This document shows, in pieces, positions 1 to 5,830 of a stretch of 6,081 bases of DNA. Origin of the DNA: a virus (taxonomy: Duplodnaviria > Heunggongvirae > Uroviricota > Caudoviricetes); IMG/VR virus record IMGVR_UViG_2645727640_000005, positions 1-6,081 of that record, one strand, 5' to 3'. The position numbers and the translations under genes are program-made. Below the pieces are notes generated by a model. The model made no database searches and was not told where the DNA came from. It saw only the letters and a program-made list of their open reading frames with translations. Every line of letters begins with the position of its first letter. Position 1 is the first letter of the stretch.

Positions 1-49
1 GCATGACAAAGTCATCGGGCATTATCTGAACATAAAACACTATCAATAA

Positions 50-136
50 GTTGGAGTCATTACCCGCCTTATCGACATACTTAATCAGCCAGGAGTCCCA
101 AAAAATGGATCAAACACTTATGGCTATCCAGACTAA
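50..136 (+). pseudogene. cIII: cIII 3' remnant (C-terminal ~23 codons of lambda-like CIII, no start codon in window)
   Basis: Frame-2 translation of 65..136 gives [23 protein letters not shown], matching the C-terminus of lambda CIII as I recall it. Upstream, the same frame has an in-frame TAA at 47..49 and no ATG, and no frame of 1..64 encodes the CIII N-terminus or amphipathic helix. The kil ATG sits at the cIII 3' end, as in lambda. Confidence 0.4.
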
Positions 137-248
137 ATTCACTATCGCCACTTTTATTGGCGATGAAAAGATGTTTCGTGAAGCCGTCGACGCTTATAAA
201 AAATGGATATTAATGCTGAAACTGAGATCAAGCAAAAGCATTCACTAA
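105..248 (+). CDS. kil: Kil, host cell-division (FtsZ) inhibitor, 47 aa
   Basis: ATG at 105 inside the 51..248 track ORF gives a 47-aa product ([12 protein letters not shown]...[10 protein letters not shown]), the length and sequence I recall for lambda Kil. It sits upstream of and overlaps gam, as in lambda. The track ORF's 5' extension begins at TTG and is probably not used. Confidence 0.8.
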   Translation: MDQTLMAIQTKFTIATFIGDEKMFREAVDAYKKWILMLKLRSSKSIH

Positions 249-619
249 CCCCCTTTCCTGTTTTCCTAATCAGCCCGGCATTTCGCGGGCGATATTTTCA
301 CAGCTATTTCAGGAGTTCAGCCATGAACGCTTATTACATTCAGGATCGTCTTGAGGCTCAGAGCTGGGCGCGTCACTACCAGCAGATCGCCCGTGAAGAG
401 AAAGAGGCAGAACTGGCAGACGATATGGAAAAAGGCCTGCCCCAGCACCTGTTTGAATCGCTATGCATCGATCATTTGCAACGCCACGGGGCCAGCAAAA
501 AAGCCATTACCCGTGCGTTTGATGACGATGTTGAGTTTCAGGAGCGCATGGCAGAACACATCCGGTACATGGTTGAAACCATTGCTCACCATCAGGTTGA
601 TATTGATTCAGAGGTATAA
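203..619 (+). CDS. gam: Gam, RecBCD inhibitor (full-length GamL form, 138 aa)
   Basis: 138-aa ORF that matches lambda Gam along its whole length as recalled ([20 protein letters not shown]...[10 protein letters not shown]). An internal ATG at 323 preceded by AGGAG (311..315) corresponds to the short GamS start. Synteny is kil-gam-bet-exo. Confidence 0.95.
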   Translation: MDINAETEIKQKHSLTPFPVFLISPAFRGRYFHSYFRSSAMNAYYIQDRLEAQSWARHYQQIAREEKEAELADDMEKGLPQHLFESLCIDHLQRHGASKKAITRAFDDDVEFQERMAEHIRYMVETIAHHQVDIDSEV

Positions 620-624
620 AACGG

Positions 625-1410
625 ATGAGTACAGCACTCGCAACGCTGGCAGGGAAGCTGGCTGAACGTGTCGGCATGGATTCTGTCGACCCACAGGAAC
701 TGATCACCACTCTTCGCCAGACGGCATTTAAAGGCGATGCCAGCGATGCGCAGTTCATCGCATTGTTGATCGTCGCCAACCAGTACGGCCTTAATCCGTG
801 GACGAAAGAAATTTACGCCTTCCCTGACAAGCAGAACGGCATCGTTCCGGTGGTGGGCGTTGATGGCTGGTCCCGCATCATCAACGAAAACCAGCAGTTT
901 GACGGCATGGACTTTGAACAGGACAACGAATCCTGCACATGCCGGATTTACCGCAAAGACCGCAATCATCCGATCTGCGTTACCGAGTGGATGGATGAAT
1001 GCCGCCGCGAACCATTCAAAACCCGCGAAGGCAGAGAAATCACCGGACCGTGGCAGTCGCATCCCAAACGGATGTTACGGCATAAAGCCATGATTCAGTG
1101 TGCCCGTCTGGCCTTCGGATTTGCTGGTATCTATGACAAGGATGAAGCCGAGCGCATTGTCGAAAATACTGCATACACTGCAGAACGTCAGCCGGAACGC
1201 GACATCACTCCGGTTAACGATGAAACCATGCAGGAGATTAACACTCTGCTGATCGCCCTGGATAAAACATGGGATGACGACTTATTGCCGCTCTGTTCCC
1301 AGATATTTCGCCGCGACATTCGCGCATCGTCAGAACTGACACAGGCCGAAGCAGTGAAAGCTCTTGGATTCCTGAAACAGAAAGCCACTGAGCAGAAGGT
1401 GGCAGCATGA
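625..1410 (+). CDS. bet: Bet (Red-beta) single-strand annealing protein, 261 aa
   Basis: 261-aa ORF matching lambda Bet as recalled ([35 protein letters not shown]...). GAGG at 611..614 lies upstream of the ATG. Its stop overlaps the exo start in an ATGA junction (1407..1410). Confidence 0.95.
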   Translation: MSTALATLAGKLAERVGMDSVDPQELITTLRQTAFKGDASDAQFIALLIVANQYGLNPWTKEIYAFPDKQNGIVPVVGVDGWSRIINENQQFDGMDFEQDNESCTCRIYRKDRNHPICVTEWMDECRREPFKTREGREITGPWQSHPKRMLRHKAMIQCARLAFGFAGIYDKDEAERIVENTAYTAERQPERDITPVNDETMQEINTLLIALDKTWDDDLLPLCSQIFRRDIRASSELTQAEAVKALGFLKQKATEQKVAA

Positions 1411-2087
1411 CACCGGACATTATCCTGCAGCGTACCGGGATCGACGTGAGAGCTGTCGAACAGGGGGATGATGCATGGCACAAATTACGGCTCGGCGTCA
1501 TCACCGCTTCAGAAGTTCACAACGTGATAGCAAAGCCCCGCTCAGGAAAAAAGTGGCCTGACATGAAAATGTCCTACTTCCACACCCTGCTGGCTGAGGT
1601 TTGCACCGGTGTGGCTCCGGAAGTTAATGCTAAGGCGCTGGCCTGGGGAAAACAGTACGAGAACGACGCCAGAACCCTGTTTGAATTCACTTCCGGCGTG
1701 AATGTTACTGAATCCCCGATCATCTATCGCGACGAAAGTATGCGCACCGCCTGCTCTCCCGATGGTTTATGCAGTGACGGCAACGGCCTTGAACTGAAAT
1801 GCCCGTTTACCTCCCGGGATTTCATGAAGTTCCGGCTCGGTGGTTTCGAGGCCATAAAATCAGCTTACATGGCCCAGGTGCAGTACAGCATGTGGGTGAC
1901 GCGAAAAGATGCCTGGTACTTTGCCAACTATGACCCGCGTATGAAGCGTGAAGGCCTGCATTATGTCGTGATTGAGCGGAATGAAAAGTACATGGCGAAT
2001 TTTGACGAGATGGTGCCGGAGTTCATCGAAAAAATGGACGTGGCACTGGCTGAAATTGGTTTTGTATTTGGGGAGCAATGGCGATGA
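1407..2087 (+). CDS. exo: Exo (Red-alpha) 5'-3' dsDNA exonuclease, 226 aa
   Basis: 226-aa ORF matching lambda exonuclease as recalled ([40 protein letters not shown]...GEQWR). ATGA overlap with bet, as in lambda. Confidence 0.95.
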   Translation: MTPDIILQRTGIDVRAVEQGDDAWHKLRLGVITASEVHNVIAKPRSGKKWPDMKMSYFHTLLAEVCTGVAPEVNAKALAWGKQYENDARTLFEFTSGVNVTESPIIYRDESMRTACSPDGLCSDGNGLELKCPFTSRDFMKFRLGGFEAIKSAYMAQVQYSMWVTRKDAWYFANYDPRMKREGLHYVVIERNEKYMANFDEMVPEFIEKMDVALAEIGFVFGEQWR

Positions 2088-2245
2088 AGCATCCTCACGA
2101 TAATATCCGGGTAGGCGCGATCACTTTCATCTACTCCGTTACAAAGCGAGGCTGGGTATTTCCCGGCCTTTCTGTTATCAGAAATCCACTGAAAGCACAG
2201 CGGCTGGCTGAGGCGATAAATAATAAACGGGGGCTGTATGACTGA
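2084..2245 (+). CDS. small ORF (53 aa) coupled to exo; positional equivalent of lambda orf60a, with a different 3' end
   Basis: ATG 2084..2086 overlaps the exo stop (ATGA). It translates to [53 protein letters not shown]. Lambda has orf60a in this position with the same 4-nt overlap. The ORF is shorter than 60 codons and its end overlaps the methyltransferase start, consistent with a mosaic junction near 2180..2240. It is below the size cutoff of the ORF track. Confidence 0.45.
   Translation: MKHPHDNIRVGAITFIYSVTKRGWVFPGLSVIRNPLKAQRLAEAINNKRGLYD
2150..2176 (+). terminator. putative intrinsic terminator (tL3-like) downstream of exo
   Basis: Hairpin GGCTGGG (2150..2156), loop TATTT, CCCGGCC (2162..2168), seven pairs including one G-T wobble, followed by the T-rich run TTTCTGTT. 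Lambda is known to have tL3 shortly downstream of exo; identity with tL3 is from position only. Confidence 0.35.
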
Positions 2246-2795
2246 TTTCACCGGAAGCAATACTCCTGCCGAACATCGCGACAGCTGGCGCACACCACCA
2301 GAGATTTTTGCTGCGCTTAATGCAGAGTTCGTTTTTCAACTTGATGCTGCCGCCAGCGAAAAAAACCGACTATGTCGGCTTTTTATCTCACAGGAGCAGA
2401 ACACATTAACCACTTCATGGCCTGAAGCAATGGGATATGCCTCTGGTTATGTCTGGTTGAATCCACCATACAGCAATATTTCCCCTTTTGTGAAAAAGGC
2501 AGCCACTGAAAACAAATTCAGTAGTGTGGGATGTGTAATGTTATTGCCTGCTGACACATCTGTCGGATGGTTTCATGAAGCGATACAAACCGCCAGTGAG
2601 GTCAGATTCATCACGGCAGGACGACTGGCATTTATTAACCCACTCACGGAGAAACCCGTCAGTGGAAATAATAAAGGCTCGATGCTCATTATCTGGCACC
2701 CATACCCCCGTACACACTGCCACTTTACGACCGTTGATCGTGGAGAGTTGATGGCGTTCGGCTCAAGGATTCTTGCCCGTCGGGAGGCTGCATGA
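2238..2795 (+). CDS. orphan phage-type DNA N6-adenine methyltransferase (phage Dam family), 185 aa
   Basis: 185-aa ORF with an N-terminal WRTPPEIF motif, an FQLDAAAS motif and the catalytic NPPY tetrad (WLNPPYSN), the hallmark of the small phage Dam methyltransferase family. GGGGG lies 4 nt upstream of the ATG. No restriction endonuclease partner is visible in the window. Confidence 0.85.
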   Translation: MTDFTGSNTPAEHRDSWRTPPEIFAALNAEFVFQLDAAASEKNRLCRLFISQEQNTLTTSWPEAMGYASGYVWLNPPYSNISPFVKKAATENKFSSVGCVMLLPADTSVGWFHEAIQTASEVRFITAGRLAFINPLTEKPVSGNNKGSMLIIWHPYPRTHCHFTTVDRGELMAFGSRILARREAA

Positions 2796-2875
2796 CAACC
2801 ACGGAATGCATTTTTCTGGCAGCGGGCTTCATATTCTGTGTGCTTATGCTTGCCGATATGGGACTTGTTCAATGA
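2792..2875 (+). CDS. possible 27-aa hydrophobic peptide, start and stop both in ATGA overlaps
   Basis: ATG 2792..2794 overlaps the methyltransferase stop (TGA 2793..2795). The ORF encodes MTTTECIFLAAGFIFCVLMLADMGLVQ and its TGA (2873..2875) overlaps the ATG (2872..2874) of the next gene. The hydrophobic core could form one transmembrane helix. It is below the track cutoff and could be chance. Confidence 0.3.
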   Translation: MTTTECIFLAAGFIFCVLMLADMGLVQ

Positions 2876-3087
2876 CACCTCAGCAGGAAAACGCCCTTCG
2901 CAGCATTGCCCGTCAGGCTAATTCTGAAATCAAAAAAGCCAGACAGCAGTTTCCGGATAAAAACGTCGATGACATTTGCCGTAGCGTACTGAAGAAGCAC
3001 CGCGAAACGGTAACGCTGATGGGATTCACACCGACTCACTTAAGTCTGGCAATCGGTATGTTAAACGGCGTCTTTAAGGAACGGTGA
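2872..3087 (+). CDS. hypothetical protein, 71 aa
   Basis: Inside the 2773..3087 track ORF. ATG 2872 gives MTPQQENALRSIARQANSEIKKARQQ...GVFKER. An alternative ATG at 2806 would give 93 aa, and the track start at 2773 is TTG. No motif recognised. The start choice is uncertain. Confidence 0.5.
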   Translation: MTPQQENALRSIARQANSEIKKARQQFPDKNVDDICRSVLKKHRETVTLMGFTPTHLSLAIGMLNGVFKER

Positions 3088-3107
3088 ACATGAAAAGCAA
3101 AATCATC

Positions 3108-3133
3108 AGGGAGCTACAGGCTCCTTTTTTATT
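3108..3133 (+). terminator. putative intrinsic terminator or attenuator between genes
   Basis: GGAGC (3110..3114), loop TACAG, GCTCC (3120..3124), immediately followed by TTTTTT (3125..3130). The stem is short, 5 bp extendable to 7 with a G-T pair. It lies within a possible 29-aa ORF (3090..3179). Confidence 0.4.
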
Positions 3134-3185
3134 ATTCGCATTCACCCTCAAGCGTATTAACCAACAATTCAGGGATTAATGAAAG

Positions 3186-3407
3186 ATGGCAGATATCATT
3201 GATTCAGCATCAGAAATTGAAGAATTACAGCGCAATACAGCAATAAAAATGCGTCGCCTGAACTACCAGACTGTATCCGCAACTCATTGTTGTGAGTGTG
3301 GCGATCCGATAGATGAACGAAGACGCCTGGCAGTTCAGGGTTGTCGGACTTGTGCAAGTTGCCAGGAGGATCTGGAGCTTATCAGTAAACAGAGAGGTTC
3401 GAAGTGA
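3186..3407 (+). CDS. TraR/DksA-family C4 zinc-finger protein, 73 aa
   Basis: Cys at residues 35, 38, 56 and 59 give C-x2-C-x17-C-x2-C with a GDPIDERRR segment between the pairs, the pattern of the phage and plasmid TraR/DksA zinc-finger family. Its stop overlaps the GTG start of the next gene. Confidence 0.7.
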   Translation: MADIIDSASEIEELQRNTAIKMRRLNYQTVSATHCCECGDPIDERRRLAVQGCRTCASCQEDLELISKQRGSK

Positions 3408-4090
3408 GCGAAATTAATTATCAGGCACTGCGTGAAAAGGCAGAGAAAGCAACTAAAGGAAGCTACATCGTAGGGCATACATCTGTTAACCAGCACGGCA
3501 ATTTAACAGGAGTTTTTGTTTGCCAAAAATGGAAAGGAGAACCCGGTGGTGTGATTGCGGAATGTCATGTTAACTGCCTGGTTGAAACAGATGTTCAGGC
3601 TTATGCAAACGCTGAATTTATTGCTGCTTTTAATCCAAATGTTGCGCTGGCACTACTGGATGAACGGGAAAGAAACCAGCAATACATCAAACGCCGCGAC
3701 CAGGAGAACGAGGAGATTGCGCTTACGGTTGGGAAGCTGCGCGTTGAGCTGGAAGCCGCAGAGAAGCGCAACGCAAAATTACAAAGCGAGAATGCATACA
3801 TCCGCAACCGGTACAAAGAACTGGACCTGTTAATCGGGAAAAACATTCTGGTCATGCAGGCTGCCATTATCGAATGGCAATCGACTGGCGACGCTAAAAG
3901 CGGACTGGCATGGATTTATAACACACTGTTTGGCCCAGGCGAATTGCCGGACGAATCTGAGAAAGATGCTCAGGCCTACTTTAATCGCAAATATGCACCG
4001 ATTGACGAAAAGCTTATGGCGCTTCACAAGTGGTTTTGGGAACAAAGTGAAGCCAAGCGCGCCGCTGGCATTCGCATCAAAGGAGAGTGA
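3404..4090 (+). CDS. Ead/Ea22-like coiled-coil protein, 228 aa
   Basis: GTG start at 3404 with AGAGAGG 6 nt upstream. The N-terminus (INYQALREKAEKATKGS) and the NAEFIAAFNPNVALALLDE segment resemble the conserved motifs of prophage Ead/Ea22-like proteins as I recall them. The central region (LTVGKLRVELEAAEKRNAKLQSENAYIRNRYKELD) is a heptad-like coiled coil. Confidence 0.6.
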   Translation: MSEINYQALREKAEKATKGSYIVGHTSVNQHGNLTGVFVCQKWKGEPGGVIAECHVNCLVETDVQAYANAEFIAAFNPNVALALLDERERNQQYIKRRDQENEEIALTVGKLRVELEAAEKRNAKLQSENAYIRNRYKELDLLIGKNILVMQAAIIEWQSTGDAKSGLAWIYNTLFGPGELPDESEKDAQAYFNRKYAPIDEKLMALHKWFWEQSEAKRAAGIRIKGE

Positions 4091-4091
4091 G

Positions 4092-4607
4092 ATGGCGTTA
4101 ACACACCGAGAACTCTGTCAGATTGCGTACAAGTTCCTTAAGCGCAACGGGTTCAAGGTTTGCTTTCATGACCGCTTTATAGCCGTAACCAGTACCGGAG
4201 AACAGCCAGATGCTATGGGATTCAGAAATTCAGCATCATGCCTGATAGAGGCGAAATGTTCTCGTGCTGACTTGTTGGCAGATAGAAAAAAGCGTTTTCG
4301 TAAAAATCCGTCTCTTGGAATGGGAGACTGGCGATTCTTTATTAGTGAGCCGGGAACTATTTCAATTGAGGATTTACCACCTGGCTGGGGATTACTTCAC
4401 GTTGTTAACGGAAGAGTACGGAAAGTACATGGATGGCCCAAGGGGAATTGCTGTTGGGGTAACCCTGAGGATAAACCTTTTATTGGGAATAAGCAGGTTG
4501 AATGCGATTACATGTTGTCTGCCTTAAGGCGCATGGAGTTGAGAGGGCACCTTAATGAAATATATGACGGTGTAATTGTTAATAAGAAAGAAGGAAACGC
4601 GGCATGA
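4092..4607 (+). CDS. hypothetical protein with PD-(D/E)xK nuclease-like motif, 171 aa
   Basis: ATG 4092 with GGAG 6 nt upstream. The track ORF 3930..4607 extends 5' in another frame of the upstream gene and is not used. The N-terminal 60 aa have a helix, two strands, PD at residue 40 and hhEAK at 53-55 (FIAVTSTGEQPD...SCLIEAK), the canonical PD-(D/E)xK arrangement. The C-terminal 100 aa are Trp/Cys-rich (GNCCWGNPED, VECDY) and not recognised. A nuclease function is inferred from the motif only. Confidence 0.55.
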   Translation: MALTHRELCQIAYKFLKRNGFKVCFHDRFIAVTSTGEQPDAMGFRNSASCLIEAKCSRADLLADRKKRFRKNPSLGMGDWRFFISEPGTISIEDLPPGWGLLHVVNGRVRKVHGWPKGNCCWGNPEDKPFIGNKQVECDYMLSALRRMELRGHLNEIYDGVIVNKKEGNAA

Positions 4608-5491
4608 TCACTATTACCAAAGGGCGACTGCTGACAATCAAACAGTGGCGCGAAACATACGGACCTGGTAGCAACGTTGTACTGCCAGCAGAAGAAGCGG
4701 AAGAACTGGCACGAATTGCTCTGGCAGCGCTGGAAGCCGAGCCGATAGGTTTCCGTTGCAGGCGCAATGATAACCTTGGTGATTGGAGTTACGTATATCA
4801 TCGAGAGCCAGATGATTTTGAGCGCAAACATTTAGTGATAGAGGGCATTTACGCCGCCCCTCCAGCACCAGTAGTACCGGAAGAAAAACCAATGCCTAAT
4901 CCTCTTAGCATGTACGCGGTTGATGCTGTTGCCGCTATTGCAGAGGTGAGAGGCTGGAACGCCTGCCGTGCCGCTATGCTTCAGTCCGGAAACTTTCGGG
5001 AAAACAAGAATTCGTCAACCAATAATTTTCGGGAAATCGCGGAAACGTCAACCAACTATCCGGTAATTCCTAGTGAGGTGTTGTCCGCAATCCTGAAGGT
5101 TGCCAAGATTCGTGCCGATGTCGATGATTTTGACGGTGACAGGCGAGGTATCGGTGATTGTCTGGATGAGGCTGAGCAAGAGCTTATCGTTACCATTAAC
5201 AAATATGCCAGTCAGTTGGCAGCAGAACCTATAGCGCCTAATGACGTTCGAGAGCAGACAGCCATTCCACAAGTTCCGGTGACTCCGGATGGTTGGATAA
5301 GCTGTAGTGAGCGAATGCCGAATACCAAAACAGCCGTTCTTGTTGCCGTGGAGTTTGACAGGAAAGGTGACTGGCGAATGAAATGGGCTACTTACATCCC
5401 GGGGCATCCTGACGCTAATGATGGGTGGATAATTCCTGGTGCGTCGTGGAAACCGTCACACTGGATGCCGCTACCAGAGCCTCCACTTTGA
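4604..5491 (+). CDS. DUF551-type prophage protein, 295 aa, with internal tandem repeat
   Basis: ATG 4604 overlaps the upstream stop (ATGA) and AAGGAA lies 7 nt upstream. The C-terminal ~70 aa (WISCSERMPNTKTAVLVAVEF...GWIIPGASWKPSHWMPLPEPP) match the DUF551 signature of prophage proteins as I recall it. The N-terminal half is acidic and helical. Confidence 0.75.
   Translation: MITITKGRLLTIKQWRETYGPGSNVVLPAEEAEELARIALAALEAEPIGFRCRRNDNLGDWSYVYHREPDDFERKHLVIEGIYAAPPAPVVPEEKPMPNPLSMYAVDAVAAIAEVRGWNACRAAMLQSGNFRENKNSSTNNFREIAETSTNYPVIPSEVLSAILKVAKIRADVDDFDGDRRGIGDCLDEAEQELIVTINKYASQLAAEPIAPNDVREQTAIPQVPVTPDGWISCSERMPNTKTAVLVAVEFDRKGDWRMKWATYIPGHPDANDGWIIPGASWKPSHWMPLPEPPL
4991..5056 (+). repeat. 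imperfect 33-bp tandem direct repeat (2 copies) in frame within the DUF551 gene
   Basis: Copy 1 (4991..5023) AACTTTCGGGAAAACAAGAATTCGTCAACCAAT and copy 2 (5024..5056) AATTTTCGGGAAATCGCGGAAACGTCAACCAAC match at 25 of 33 positions. They encode NFRENKNSSTN and NFREIAETSTN. Confidence 0.8.
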
Positions 5492-5587
5492 AAGCGAAGC
5501 TTATACATATCTTTTACATCAGCAATCTATTGTTAATCTCCAATCAATGTTACGTTGTCATCTCACTCATGCTTTGGAGTTAGTGAT

Positions 5588-5767
5588 ATGTCTTGTCCAA
5601 AATGCGGTTCTGGAAATATTGCAAAAGAAAAAACAATGCGTGGATGGTCTGGTGATTATGTGTGCTGCGATTGCGGATACAACGACTCTAAAGACGCATT
5701 TGGAGAGCGTGGTAAAAACGAGTTTGTCAAAATTAATAAAGAACGCGAAGGCAACGAAAAAAGCTAA
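5588..5767 (+). CDS. small zinc-ribbon protein, 59 aa
   Basis: ATG 5588 with GGAG (5575..5578) upstream. The track start at 5555 is TTG. Cys at residues 3, 6, 26 and 29 give C-x2-C-x19-C-x2-C, and the C-terminus is Lys/Glu-rich. Codon usage is AT-rich. It is followed by a terminator and sits immediately upstream of xis, in the position of lambda's small unnamed ORF and ea8.5. Confidence 0.55.
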   Translation: MSCPKCGSGNIAKEKTMRGWSGDYVCCDCGYNDSKDAFGERGKNEFVKINKEREGNEKS

Positions 5768-5830
5768 TTTATTATTCATATATGAAAACAATGTAACCAA
5801 TATTCGAATTGAAGAACTGAAAGAACACCA

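Noticed and set aside
51-104. 5' extension of the kil ORF from TTG at 51
   Set aside because: The ATG at 105 gives the 47-aa size I recall for Kil. The extension starts at a non-ATG codon and would overlap the cIII remnant.
351-1093. Plus-strand alternative-frame ORFs 351..665 and 860..1093
   Set aside because: Out-of-frame overlaps with gam and bet. The products are Arg/Ser/Thr/Pro-rich low-complexity sequences typical of off-frame translation.
507-1504. Minus-strand ORFs 507..779, 592..1062, 1188..1481 and 1238..1504 antisense to gam and bet
   Set aside because: They lie entirely within genes confidently identified as lambda gam and bet on the + strand, with no ribosome-binding sites noted. 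They are typical antisense open frames of GC-rich coding sequence.
1860-2878. Minus-strand ORFs 1860..2078, 1961..2293, 2541..2723 and 2573..2878
   Set aside because: Antisense to exo and the methyltransferase. No support beyond being open.
3090-3179. 29-codon ORF (MKSKIIRELQAPFLLFAFTLKRINQQFRD) with AAGGAA upstream
   Set aside because: It contains the terminator hairpin and T-tract within its coding sequence. It could be real but is indistinguishable from chance, so it is not annotated.
3555-4045. ORFs 3555..3833 (+), 3601..3867 (-) and 3830..4045 (-) inside the Ea22-like gene
   Set aside because: Nested in or antisense to a gene with recognisable motifs and good coupling signals. The products are low-complexity (Leu/Arg/Ser-rich).
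3930-4091. 5' extension of the 171-aa gene to 3930 (225-aa track ORF)
   Set aside because: The extension lies in an alternative frame of the Ea22-like gene. ATG 4092 has GGAG at ideal spacing and follows the upstream stop directly.
4264-4892. ORFs 4264..4527 (+), 4508..4831 (-), 4579..4767 (-) and 4638..4892 (-)
   Set aside because: Overlap the PD-(D/E)xK-like and DUF551 genes in other frames or on the opposite strand. No independent signals.
5488-5587. Promoter-like hexamers (TTGAAA, TTTACA, TTGTTA) upstream of the zinc-ribbon gene
   Set aside because: No -10 element at 16-18 bp spacing could be paired with any of them. AT-rich sequence throws up such hexamers by chance.
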